Assembly: GCA_050260175.1 (NCBI GenBank)
Contig: JBLNBS010000042.1
Coordinates: forward strand, 1,544 to 65,543
DNA from: Patescibacteria group bacterium
GTDB taxonomy: Bacteria; Bacillota; UBA4882; JAAYXC01
DNA: 64,000 nt
Direction of reading: 5' to 3'
Shown here one piece after another: positions 49,752 through 59,135 of this stretch (position 1 is its first letter; every line of letters starts with the position of its first letter). The notes under the pieces were generated by a model. That model had not been told where the DNA came from and did not search any database. It saw only the letters and a list, made by a program, of their open reading frames with translations. The position numbers and the translations under genes were made by a program.

Positions 49752-50679
49752 GCGCCTGCGCGTCGGCCTGCCCAGGGCACTGCTCTATTACTGGTACGCG
49801 CCGGCCTGGGAGGCCTTCCTGGCCGGCCTGGGCTTTGACCCGGTCGTTTCGCCGCCTACCAACAAGGAACTGCTTGCTCTAGGCCTGCGCGCCGCGCTGG
49901 ACGAGGTCTGCCTGCCGGTCAAGCTCTTCCTGGGCCATGCCGCCTACCTGGCGGCTGATTGCGACGTACTGCTCGTGCCCCATCTCGTCTCCGTGGAGCG
50001 GGGAGCATTCACCTGCCCAAAGTTCATGGGCCTGCCGGACCTGGTCCGCCAGGCGCTGCCGGGCCTGAAGACCGTGGTGGCCACGGTCGACGTCAAGGGC
50101 GGCGCCGCGTGGGAGGCGGCCGCCAGGGAGATCGCGGCGGGACTGGGCGGCGGCAGAGCCGGGGCGGCGCGGGCCTGGGCGCGCGCGCGCGCCAGGCAGG
50201 CCGGGTACGAGGAGGATCTGCGCGGGGGCCGGCTACCCGGGCTGGGGCCGCCGCGCGGCAACGGTCCCGTGCTGGCCGTGCTCGGCCACCCATACTGCCT
50301 TTATGACTCCTTTATCAACATGAATCTCCTGCCGCGTCTGGCGTCCATGGGGTGCAGAGCGGTCACGCCCGAGATGCTCCCCGGCGAGGCCATCTCCCAA
50401 GGCCTGGCCGAGCTGCCCAAGGAACTCTTCTGGACTTTTGGCCGCAAGCAGATCGGGGCGGCCTACCATCTCCTGGACGGGGGGCGCTGCCGGGGAGTGA
50501 TTCATACCACGGCCTTTGCCTGCGGGCCCGAGTCGCTGGTGGGCGAATTGATCGAGCGGGCGGCCGCGCGGCGCCGCATCCCCCTGCTCCGCCTCCACCT
50601 CGACGAGCACACGGGCGAGGCCGGGTTTCTGACCAGGCTCGAGGCTTTTCTCGACATGATCGGGAGGCGGCGCGCGTGA
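49744..50679 (+). CDS. acyl-CoA dehydratase/activase-associated (DUF2229-like) domain protein
   Basis: Similar to the uncharacterised partners of BadF/BcrA-type activases. GTG start overlapping the upstream stop. Confidence 0.5.
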   Translation: MGERLRVGLPRALLYYWYAPAWEAFLAGLGFDPVVSPPTNKELLALGLRAALDEVCLPVKLFLGHAAYLAADCDVLLVPHLVSVERGAFTCPKFMGLPDLVRQALPGLKTVVATVDVKGGAAWEAAAREIAAGLGGGRAGAARAWARARARQAGYEEDLRGGRLPGLGPPRGNGPVLAVLGHPYCLYDSFINMNLLPRLASMGCRAVTPEMLPGEAISQGLAELPKELFWTFGRKQIGAAYHLLDGGRCRGVIHTTAFACGPESLVGELIERAAARRRIPLLRLHLDEHTGEAGFLTRLEAFLDMIGRRRA

Positions 50680-51791
50680 AGGTCACTTTCCCCCACATGG
50701 GCACGGCCCACCTGGCCTTTGCCACCCTCCTCGCGGATCTGGGCCTGGAACCCGTGGTGCCGCCGCCCACGAGCCAGCGCACCATCGCCCTGGGCGTCCG
50801 GCATGCGCCGGAGTTCGCCTGTTTTCCCCTCAAGGTCAACCTGGGCAACTACCTCGAGGCGCTGGCCGCGGGCGCCGAGGCCATCCTCATGGTCGGCGGC
50901 GCGGGTCCCTGCCGGCTCGGGTATTACGCCGAGGTGCAGCGGGAGATCCTGCGCGGCCTGGGCCACGACATTGAACTCATCGCCCTGGAGCCGCCCAACC
51001 ACGGCATCGGCAGGCTCTGGCGGGCCGTGCGGCGGCTCATCCCCGGCATCAGCCCGGCAAAGCTGGCCCGCGCCCTCTTTTTTGCCCTGCGCAAGCTGGC
51101 CGCCCTGGACGAGCTGGAGCGCCTGGCCGCCGTGATCCGCCCGCGGGAGGCGCGCCGGGGGGAGGCGAGCGCGGTCTGGGCCGGCTGCCGCCGGGCCCTG
51201 GCCCCGGTCACGGACATGTCCGGCCTCCGCCAGGCGCTTTTGCAATGCAGGCAGGCCCTGGCGGCGGTGGCCGTCGAGCCGGAGAGGCCCGTGCTCCGCG
51301 TGGCGTTGGGCGGGGAGGTGTACATGGTCCTGGAGCCCGCGGTCAACCTGGATCTCGAGCGGGTCCTGGGCGAGCAGGGGGTGCTCGTGGACAGGAGGAT
51401 CTACCTCTCCTCGTGGATCAACGACCAGCTCATCAAGGGCTTCCTCTCGCGCCGCTGGTTCGACGGTATCCGCGATCTGGCCCGGCCCTATCTCGGCCAT
51501 TTCGTGGGCGGGCATGGGCTCGAGAGCGTGGCCCAGGCCGTGGACGCGGGCGTGAACAGGTACGACGGCCTCATCCAGCTGGCGCCCTTTACCTGCATGC
51601 CGGAGATCATCGCCCAGAGCGTCCTGCCCCGCGTAGGCAGGAACCTCGATCTCCCGATCATGACCCTCATCCTGGACGAACACTCAGGCGAGGCCGGAGT
51701 GCTGACGCGGGTCGAGGCCTTTCTCGATCTGCTCCGGCGCCGGCGCGCCAAGGAGGCGCTTTCTCTTGCCCCGGTGTTTTCTGGGCGTTGA
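50676..51791 (+). CDS. acyl-CoA dehydratase/activase-associated (DUF2229-like) domain protein, second copy
   Basis: Parallel ending motifs in the two proteins (LILDEHSGEAGVLTRVEAFLDLL vs LHLDEHTGEAGFLTRLEAFLDMI). GTGA overlap. Confidence 0.5.
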   Translation: MKVTFPHMGTAHLAFATLLADLGLEPVVPPPTSQRTIALGVRHAPEFACFPLKVNLGNYLEALAAGAEAILMVGGAGPCRLGYYAEVQREILRGLGHDIELIALEPPNHGIGRLWRAVRRLIPGISPAKLARALFFALRKLAALDELERLAAVIRPREARRGEASAVWAGCRRALAPVTDMSGLRQALLQCRQALAAVAVEPERPVLRVALGGEVYMVLEPAVNLDLERVLGEQGVLVDRRIYLSSWINDQLIKGFLSRRWFDGIRDLARPYLGHFVGGHGLESVAQAVDAGVNRYDGLIQLAPFTCMPEIIAQSVLPRVGRNLDLPIMTLILDEHSGEAGVLTRVEAFLDLLRRRRAKEALSLAPVFSGR

Positions 51792-52755
51792 CGTCGGCTC
51801 GGTCAGCACGAACCTGGCCGTCCTGGACGAGGACGGCGACCTCGTGCACAAGCTCTACCTGCGCACAAAGGGCGATCCCATCGGCGCGATCAAGGCGGGG
51901 CTCGAGGCCCTCGCCCCGCGCTGCGCCGCTCTGTCCGTGCGGGGGGTGGGCGCCACGGGTAGCGGCAGGCGGCTGGCAGGCGTCATGCTCGGCGCTGATG
52001 TGGTCAAGAACGAGATCACGGCCCACGCCGTGGCGGCGCAGCATGCGGTGCCGGATGTGCGCACGGTCGTGGAGATCGGCGGCCAGGACTCAAAGATCAT
52101 CATCCTGCGCGAGGGGGTGGTGGTCGACTTTGCCATGAACACGGTCTGCGCGGCCGGCACCGGTTCTTTCCTGGATCAGCAGGCGGCCAGACTCGGCATT
52201 CCCATCGAAGAGTTCGGAGGATACGCCCGCCTGAGTACGTCTCCCGTGCGGATCGCGGGGCGCTGCTCGGTCTTTGCCGAATCGGACATGATCCACAAGC
52301 AACAGGTGGGCCACGCGCTGCCCGACATCATCGCCGGCCTCTGCCAGGCCCTGGTGCGCAACTACGAGAACAACGTGGGCAAGGGCAAGGAGATCCTGCC
52401 GCCCGTCGTCTTTCAGGGCGGGGTGGCGGCCAACGCCGGCATCCGGGACGCCCTGAGCCAAGCCCTGGGTTTCCCCATCGTCGTCCCCGAGCACTATGAG
52501 GTCATGGGGGCCATCGGCGCGGCCCTACTGGCGGCCGAGGCGGCCCTCCTGGACCCGGATTCGGGGTCGGCTTTCCGCGGTTTTGGGCTGGCCGGCGAAG
52601 AGGTGCGGACCGCGGGCCGCGAATGCGCGGGCTGCCCCAACCAGTGCGAGATCGTGACCCTCAGCATCGGCGGGGAGGCCGTGGCGGCCTGGGGGGATCG
52701 GTGCGGCAAATGGAGCGGGGCGGGGGCTGGATGCCAGGCGCCGGTATTAGGCTGA
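51766..52755 (+). CDS. BadF/BadG/BcrA/BcrD-type ATPase (CoA-substrate-specific enzyme activase, HgdC-like)
   Basis: FLGVDVGSVSTNLAVLD actin-fold ATPase start. C-terminal CxxC (CAGCPNQC) [4Fe-4S] bridging motif. Confidence 0.7.
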   Translation: MPRCFLGVDVGSVSTNLAVLDEDGDLVHKLYLRTKGDPIGAIKAGLEALAPRCAALSVRGVGATGSGRRLAGVMLGADVVKNEITAHAVAAQHAVPDVRTVVEIGGQDSKIIILREGVVVDFAMNTVCAAGTGSFLDQQAARLGIPIEEFGGYARLSTSPVRIAGRCSVFAESDMIHKQQVGHALPDIIAGLCQALVRNYENNVGKGKEILPPVVFQGGVAANAGIRDALSQALGFPIVVPEHYEVMGAIGAALLAAEAALLDPDSGSAFRGFGLAGEEVRTAGRECAGCPNQCEIVTLSIGGEAVAAWGDRCGKWSGAGAGCQAPVLG

Positions 52756-52766
52756 GAGCTTCGAAT

Positions 52767-52796
52767 TTGACATCCCCTCCAGGCCGGGGTTATAAT
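52767..52796 (+). promoter_or_regulatory. sigma-A-type promoter of vapBC
   Basis: TTGACA at 52767-52772 and TATAAT at 52791-52796 (18-nt spacer), about 40 nt upstream of vapB. Confidence 0.55.
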
Positions 52797-52836
52797 AATC
52801 TTACAATCGTCTTACACGGCAATGGGAGGGGAAAAG

Positions 52837-53088
52837 GTGGTATACACGCGTCTGTCAAGCAAGGGACAGGTCGTGATCCCGGGAAGCATACGATCGGCGC
52901 ATGGCTGGGGTGCCGGGACGGAGCTTGTGGTCGAGGATCGCGGGGATGCAGTCATCCTCCGCGTGGCCCGGCCTTTTCCGCCGACCAGGGTTGACGAGGT
53001 CTGGGGTTGCACGGGTTACGGCGGTCCAAAGCGGACCCTGAAGGAGATGCGGTCGGCCATCGTCAAAGGAGCCCGCGAACGGCGATGA
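52837..53088 (+). CDS. vapB: AbrB/MazE-family antitoxin VapB
   Basis: VVYTRLSSKGQVVIPGSIR swapped-hairpin DNA-binding motif. GTG 52837 after GGGAGGGGAAAAG (ORF track gives ATG 52822). Confidence 0.75.
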   Translation: MVYTRLSSKGQVVIPGSIRSAHGWGAGTELVVEDRGDAVILRVARPFPPTRVDEVWGCTGYGGPKRTLKEMRSAIVKGARERR

Positions 53089-53477
53089 CAGCCGTGGATA
53101 CCAATGTGCTGGTCCGGTTGCTCACCGACGATGACCCGTCCCAGGCGGAACGCGCCGCCCGCCTGTTCCAGGACGGGTCCGTATTTATCGCCAAGACCGT
53201 GCTTTTGGAGACCGAGTGGGTGCTCCGTCATGCCTACGGCTTGAGCCGGGATGTATGCAACGCGGCTTTTGTCAAACTCTTGGGCCTGCCCGGTGTGAGC
53301 GTGGAGGACATGCCTGCGGCCGGTAAGGCCATGGCGTGGTACGCGGCGGGTTTGGATTTCGCCGACGCGCTCCACCTGGCCGCGGCTGGCGGCGCCGAAC
53401 GCTTCGTGACTTTCGACCGGGATTTCGTCAAACGGGCCGCAAAAGTCTCGGCCGATGTGGAAGTGCGGTTGGTATGA
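53085..53477 (+). CDS. vapC: PIN-domain toxin VapC
   Basis: MTAVDTNVLVRLLTDDD N-terminal PIN acidic motif. ATGA start/stop overlap with vapB. Confidence 0.8.
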   Translation: MTAVDTNVLVRLLTDDDPSQAERAARLFQDGSVFIAKTVLLETEWVLRHAYGLSRDVCNAAFVKLLGLPGVSVEDMPAAGKAMAWYAAGLDFADALHLAAAGGAERFVTFDRDFVKRAAKVSADVEVRLV

Positions 53478-53551
53478 TTGATGGACGTGCTCGCGTCCGG
53501 GCCTTCCTCCCTATCCTCCGGAGGGGGCATCTGTTGCGACAAAATCCGGGT

Positions 53552-53935
53552 TTAATTCATCATTCTACATTCATCATTCATCATTGCTCTTAGCAGCAGT
53601 CTCATCCCATCCAAAAAAGCCCTCTCCCCGAGCATCGCCGTCTCCAGGTAATGCGCCGATCCCAGGGCCTCGCTGTATTGGAGGAGCATCCTTTGGCCCT
53701 CCTCGGGCAGCATCTCCCGCAATTGCGCGTAGAGGCGGGAGGCCTTTTCCTGCTGCACATGGTACTCCTTCGGCGCTTGGCTCGTATCAACTCGGTCCAA
53801 GCGGGAGCAGATGAATTCCCTGAGATCGACCATGAAGTCGTCGTCGAAATAGGAACGGTCGCGGGCGAGGAGGGGGGAACGGGATGCGGGGGAAACCGGT
53901 AATTGGTAGAGCACGGTGATCGCGCCCTCTCTCAT
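53552..53935 (-). CDS. hypothetical protein
   Basis: 127-aa ORF with balanced composition. Its 3' end overlaps AT-rich repeat copy 2. Confidence 0.35.
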   Translation of the reverse strand: MREGAITVLYQLPVSPASRSPLLARDRSYFDDDFMVDLREFICSRLDRVDTSQAPKEYHVQQEKASRLYAQLREMLPEEGQRMLLQYSEALGSAHYLETAMLGERAFLDGMRLLLRAMMNDECRMMN

Positions 53936-54017
53936 GTTATTGCTTGGGTGTCTTTAGGTCAATTATAATCAATAAGTTATTGAATGTCAATAGATATACC
54001 CAACCCGTATTGACCCG

Positions 54018-54026
54018 TGGTATAAT
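54018..54026 (+). promoter_or_regulatory. extended -10 promoter element (TGgTATAAT)
   Basis: TGGTATAAT about 22 nt upstream of the RHH gene TTG start. Confidence 0.45.
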
Positions 54027-54047
54027 GCCAGCGGAGGGGGATGGCAG

Positions 54048-54221
54048 TTGGCGGTAGGAGCGGGGAAGAGGAACCAGACCGTGGTGCTGGACAAGGAGGT
54101 ATATGAGGTCGTCAACAATCTGGCCTGGGAGCAGCGGAGGAGCTTTAGCAACATGACCAACATGCTTTTGCGAGAGGTCCTGCAGGCGCGGGGCTTACTG
54201 GCAAAGGACTCTCAAAAATAA
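54048..54221 (+). CDS. ribbon-helix-helix (CopG-like) protein, putative orphan antitoxin/regulator
   Basis: TTG start after GGAGGGGGA. The translation LAVGAGKRNQTVVLDKEVYEVVNNLAWEQRRSFSNMTNMLLREVLQARGLL fits an RHH beta-strand plus two helices. 57 codons, so it fell below the ORF-track threshold. Confidence 0.5.
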   Translation: MAVGAGKRNQTVVLDKEVYEVVNNLAWEQRRSFSNMTNMLLREVLQARGLLAKDSQK

Positions 54222-54966
54222 CAGAGCCCATCTCGAGGATATTTTTTGTACTAACCAGCGAGGAAGTCTTGGTCACGTTACTCATTCTGCATTCTTCATT
54301 TATCATTGCCTTCATCCCGTGAACCGTTTGGCCAGGGAGCATCTTGAGTCCCGCGGCCTTTTGCGCAAGTGGGAACCGAGATCGTAAGCAAATGAGGCCA
54401 ATCGCTTCCAGCCACTCTTTATGTAAGAGAGCGGTGGTATCTCAACGCCAGGATGAGCGGCTGACTCGCGATCCGCCGACTCGTGACCAGCTTTTTTTCG
54501 GGCCGTCATTCTTTGACGGTCTCGTTTGTTACTCTTGACATATGGCGGGAGATTGGCAGGAATCGGGGAGCGGGTGGGCGAATTTTTGGATAGTGATGGC
54601 AATCACATTGGGGCGCCTGAGGCAGCGGTTTCCGTGGCTGGTGAATGTCCGGATGCGAGTGGTGGTGGAATAACGCCTACCGAGGACGCATTGATCGCGT
54701 TGCGCCGTATTCCGGCAGTTAATACTGATGATATTGAGTATTTAGCGAACCCAGCTCTACGCATGACCGATGGTCAAGTAATGGGTGAAGGTCATTTGCA
54801 CATAATACTAAAGACATAGGGTTTCATTCCTCTTCAAAATAGTTGGATAAAGTAAATAGGAAGAAGGTCGGCGGGTTCTGAAGAGGGTTTTAGCATATGT
54901 GGCGAAAATTTAAATACAGTTTATCTTTATCATGTAGAGTATAATCACTGAAGGCGAGGATGACCT

Positions 54967-56826
54967 TTGACCAATCAGCAGATAGGTCAATTTTTCCAAA
55001 CAACGAATGTCAATATCATGGATAATGCTTTTCTCCGTGAACCTCAGATCGGTGGCTATCAGGCAGCATGTGAGCATTTCTCCCGTAGCCGGGCGCATGC
55101 TATTTTGCAGATCCCTGTCGGTTGTGGTAAGACTGGGCTTATGAGTATTTTACCATTTGGTATGGCCGAAGGTCGTGTACTCATAATCGTCCCGAACCTA
55201 GAAATTCGCCGGGGGGTGGCGCATGAACTCGATATCACAAACAATCAATGTTTCTGGAATAAGGCCCATGTTCTTCGCGACTACTCTACTGGTCCCTATC
55301 GTGCAGAGCTCGATAGCGACGCCAATATTCATGATTGTCGAAGAGCGCATTTTGTAATCACAAATATCCACCAATTGGCAAATCGTGTTGACCGATGGTT
55401 GCCAAAATTTGAGGATAACTTTTTTGACCTTATCTTGGTTGACGAAGCTCACCATAATGCTGCAGAAAGTTGGCAACGTGTATTCGAAAGATTTCCTAAT
55501 GCCAAGGTCATAAGTTTAACCGCCACTCCCTTCCGTTCTGATGGACGTCCGGTTGAAGGACAATCAATTTACCGATATTCTTTCGCAGAAGCTATGCGTA
55601 ATGGATATATTAAGCAACTTCGTGTGGCTGATGCGCAACCTGCACAGATATATTTTACTTTTCAAGGTGATGAATATCACCACTCTCTTGAAGAAGTCCT
55701 TGCTCTTCGCGAAGAAGCGTGGTTCCGACTGGGGATTGCACTTTCTCGACCGACAAATGAGACAATTGTAAATTCGAGTCTGGAGTTACTTGATCGGTTA
55801 CGTTCAGCTGGTCGTCATCATCAGATCGTTGCAGCTGCATGTAGTATTAACCATGCACGTGATATAGCCTCTTTATATCGAGAACGTAATTACTCAGCAG
55901 ATGTGATATCTAGTGATATGCGTTCAGAGGAACGGGAGTCGGTTCTTCAACGCCTTAAGTGTAATCAACTCGATTGCATCGTTCAGGTAAACATTCTTGG
56001 TGAAGGATTCGATTGGCCTCAACTTAGCGTTGCGGCTATCTTTCGCCCTTTCCGTAGTCTTGCACCATATATCCAATTCGTCGGCCGAATCATGCGCGTC
56101 CTTGAGCAAAACGACCCATATCATCCAGATAACGAAGGTTGGGTGATTTCGCATATTGGTCTTCAACAGGATGAACGGTGGGAAGATTTCCAACGCTTTG
56201 ATGAGGATGACCAGGAACTCTTCCGGAACATAGCACATGGAAATGATCCTGGTCCGCGTGAAGGAAATGGTTCAGAGCGTCGACGCTTAAAACCAGATAT
56301 GCGGGTTATCAATGAAGTCCTTGATCGCCTTGTAACTCGGGATTTTCTTGATCCTACGGATGCCGGTGCGGTCGATGCCGTCTTAGCAGAAATGCGTCGT
56401 ACGTTAGGTGTAGAACCAGAAGAGATCGGGCTTTCGCGTGAAGAGCTAGCCGGCCGCCTTCTTCAAGCTCGTAGACGCGAGCAAGTCCACCCAAGACCTC
56501 GGCCAGTCCAACCTCAAGACCGTCGCCGTGAGCAACAGCGTCGCCTTGATGAAGCGGCTCGATCTGTAGCCGGTCGGATTCTTGAAGTCTTAGGTCTATC
56601 ACCTTCCGGTGTAGATATTATTAGGCGAATGCCTGAGCTTGCATCAGCCCATAACAACATCGGAGCGGCAATCCGCCTTATGCACCGTAAAGTGAACGAG
56701 AGTATGGGTTTCCAACCAGGCCATCGTCGTGAGCTTGATATTCCAGAACTAGAGCAAGCTCTAGAACATCTTGATGAATATGGGGATGTTTTAGAGGCGG
56801 AACTTCGTCATCAGCTAGGGAGGTAA
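54967..56826 (+). CDS. SF2 DEAH-box helicase (ResIII-type helicase core plus C-terminal helicase domain)
   Basis: Q-motif QIGGYQAACEHF, Walker A VGCGKTG, DEAH box LVDEAHH, motif III SLTATP. AT-rich codon usage. Confidence 0.75.
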   Translation: MTNQQIGQFFQTTNVNIMDNAFLREPQIGGYQAACEHFSRSRAHAILQIPVGCGKTGLMSILPFGMAEGRVLIIVPNLEIRRGVAHELDITNNQCFWNKAHVLRDYSTGPYRAELDSDANIHDCRRAHFVITNIHQLANRVDRWLPKFEDNFFDLILVDEAHHNAAESWQRVFERFPNAKVISLTATPFRSDGRPVEGQSIYRYSFAEAMRNGYIKQLRVADAQPAQIYFTFQGDEYHHSLEEVLALREEAWFRLGIALSRPTNETIVNSSLELLDRLRSAGRHHQIVAAACSINHARDIASLYRERNYSADVISSDMRSEERESVLQRLKCNQLDCIVQVNILGEGFDWPQLSVAAIFRPFRSLAPYIQFVGRIMRVLEQNDPYHPDNEGWVISHIGLQQDERWEDFQRFDEDDQELFRNIAHGNDPGPREGNGSERRRLKPDMRVINEVLDRLVTRDFLDPTDAGAVDAVLAEMRRTLGVEPEEIGLSREELAGRLLQARRREQVHPRPRPVQPQDRRREQQRRLDEAARSVAGRILEVLGLSPSGVDIIRRMPELASAHNNIGAAIRLMHRKVNESMGFQPGHRRELDIPELEQALEHLDEYGDVLEAELRHQLGR

Positions 56827-56830
56827 TTAC

Positions 56831-57085
56831 ATGTCCAGAGGACGTATAAAGAGCATTCTACATACCGCACATATTAGTCAAGCAAGTTTACGAGGGCGAC
56901 ATCGTATTTGCCGTGGAGATAGTAAAAATCATATTATTCCCTTTGGTGGTTGGTACCTTGGCATAAAGGACGGGTTGGAAGAAAAGAGTTACTGTTTAAA
57001 ATGTGCTCGTGCCATCTTGGAAAAAGGACAAATGAAGCTTGATATTCTTATTAAAAATCTCGAAAAAGCTGAACGTAATGCTTAG
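56831..57085 (+). CDS. small zinc-ribbon protein
   Basis: 84 aa with CRGD...CLKC cysteine pairs, 4 nt after the helicase stop. Confidence 0.4.
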   Translation: MSRGRIKSILHTAHISQASLRGRHRICRGDSKNHIIPFGGWYLGIKDGLEEKSYCLKCARAILEKGQMKLDILIKNLEKAERNA

Positions 57086-57191
57086 TAGATTATCAAAATC
57101 TCCAGTTCAATCGATTATTATAACTTTTATTGATATAGGAGATAAAGTACTGCTGGGTTTTGTATGTATCGGAAAGGAGTATTGATGGAAT

Positions 57192-59135
57192 ATGAGTCAA
57201 CAATTGCATCTCTTTCCTGATAGCTCTTTTTCATTTGGTCCGCGCTTTTTGCACGATCACGCAGGCCGCATCATTACTGATCCTCGTATTGCACTTGTTG
57301 AACTTGTTGCAAACTCGTATGATGCTGGTGCTTCACTCATTAAAATTCAATGGCCGGATAACATAGGTGGTATATTTCAAGTTGAAGATAACGGTACAGG
57401 AATGACAATGGATGAATTCAATAAAAGATGGAGGACGCTTTCGTATAGTCGAGTACTAGAACAGGGACCTTATGTTGAATATCCACCTGATGTAAAAGGA
57501 ACGAAACGGATAGCGTTTGGCCAAAATGGAAAAGGAAGATATAGTCCTTTTTGCTTTGCTGATGCATATGAGGTGGAGACCTGGAAAAACGGGAATAGTA
57601 TTGTGGCAAGGGTTGAACTCACTCAAGGTGGTATTGAACCATTTCACTGCGAAATCATAACTGAAGGAACTAGAAAAGGACATGGAACATGCATACGTGC
57701 AGCTATTGATCGTAATCAAATTTCAGTCGCTAGTGTATCTGAAGCAATAGGCTCCAAGTTTTTAGTTGATCCATTCTTTTCTGTTTTTATTAATGAAATT
57801 AAACTTGAACTTTTTTCGCTATCAGGCATCGCAAGTACTTCACTGCAATTGGATCCGTATGGTACTGTAGTAATTCATCAGATTGATGCACAAATGCAAG
57901 ACAGAACAATGTTCTTACGAGGAATTACATGGTGGGTTAACAAGCGAATGGTAGGTATCTCACCATCATGGGATGGATTAGATGGGCGTGGTGCAATTTT
58001 GGACGGGCGGACAGCACTTGCCAAGCGCTGTAGTTTCATTGTGGAAGTAGATTTTCTGAAAGAAGACGTAAAAGATGATTGGACTGGATTTCGTGACACG
58101 CCACGTGTCTTAGCAGTACGTGACACGGTCCGTAACTATGTGATTGAAGCACTCAATAAGCTCCTTGCAGAAAATCGAAGAGAGCGAAAACTTGAAGCAT
58201 TGGCTCAGAACAGAGAAGTCCTTGGCCGTCTTCCTACATTATCAAAACGTTTAGTTGGTCAATTTATTGATGAAGTTCAACAAAGTTGTCCCACCTTATC
58301 CCAAGGTGACTTAGAACGGGCAGTTACGATTTTTACAAAGATGGAAGCAGCTCGGAGTGGCTATGAACTCCTCGAAAAATTAGCCGCTTGTTCCCCAGAT
58401 GATTTGGATACATGGAATAAACTCATGGAAGAATGGACAGCAAGCAATGCAGAGATCATTCTTAGTGAATTAAAACGGCGTCTTGATCTTATTCAGCGTA
58501 TGCAACAACTCGTTAATGTCGCAACAACCGATGAACTTCATGAACTACAACCATTATTTGCCCGTGGTTTATGGATCTTTGGACCAGAATACGAATCAGT
58601 AGAATTTACCTCCAATCGAGCGATGGCAACAATCATCAATAATTATCTTGGGGGTACTTCAAATTCACTTTCCAATCGCCGACCAGATATAGTAGCTCTA
58701 CCTGACAGATCGATTTGTTGCTATACAGCAGATAAATTTGATGATAATGGTGAAGTGGATGGAATTAGAAAGGTTCTCATTGTCGAACTGAAAAAAGGTG
58801 GATTTATACTACGAACTACTGAGCTTCGCCAAGGTGAAGACTACGCTCAAGAATTACAAAAAGCTAATCTTGTAACAAAGAGCACAGAGATTATCGTATA
58901 TGTTTTGGGAGCTCGGTTGTCTGACGACGCAACCGAAGAACGTACAATTGGATCATCAATAAAGATTATACCCATGACCTATGATACAATATTGAAACGT
59001 GCGCACGCTCGGACGTTTAACTTACAGCGAAAATTACAGATTATCGAACCTGCTCCTACACATGATAGAGATGTTGAAGATATCATATCAGTACCTTTAT
59101 TTAAAAGTGTAACGATTGATAAAGCTATGACATAA
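57192..59135 (+). CDS. GHKL (HATPase_c, MORC/MutL-like) ATPase domain protein with uncharacterised C-terminal half
   Basis: Bergerat-fold motifs ELVANSYDAGAS (N-box) and VEDNGTGMTMDEF (G1 box) within the first 120 aa. Confidence 0.65.
   Translation: MSQQLHLFPDSSFSFGPRFLHDHAGRIITDPRIALVELVANSYDAGASLIKIQWPDNIGGIFQVEDNGTGMTMDEFNKRWRTLSYSRVLEQGPYVEYPPDVKGTKRIAFGQNGKGRYSPFCFADAYEVETWKNGNSIVARVELTQGGIEPFHCEIITEGTRKGHGTCIRAAIDRNQISVASVSEAIGSKFLVDPFFSVFINEIKLELFSLSGIASTSLQLDPYGTVVIHQIDAQMQDRTMFLRGITWWVNKRMVGISPSWDGLDGRGAILDGRTALAKRCSFIVEVDFLKEDVKDDWTGFRDTPRVLAVRDTVRNYVIEALNKLLAENRRERKLEALAQNREVLGRLPTLSKRLVGQFIDEVQQSCPTLSQGDLERAVTIFTKMEAARSGYELLEKLAACSPDDLDTWNKLMEEWTASNAEIILSELKRRLDLIQRMQQLVNVATTDELHELQPLFARGLWIFGPEYESVEFTSNRAMATIINNYLGGTSNSLSNRRPDIVALPDRSICCYTADKFDDNGEVDGIRKVLIVELKKGGFILRTTELRQGEDYAQELQKANLVTKSTEIIVYVLGARLSDDATEERTIGSSIKIIPMTYDTILKRAHARTFNLQRKLQIIEPAPTHDRDVEDIISVPLFKSVTIDKAMT

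Noticed and set aside
54145-54342. 65-aa minus-strand ORF
   Set aside because: Fully antisense to the RHH gene and its promoter. It exists only because it spans AT-rich repeat copy 3.
54526-54819. 97-aa plus-strand ORF at the left edge of the AT-rich island
   Set aside because: No RBS or motif and ambiguous composition at a GC transition. It could be real, but the evidence is insufficient.
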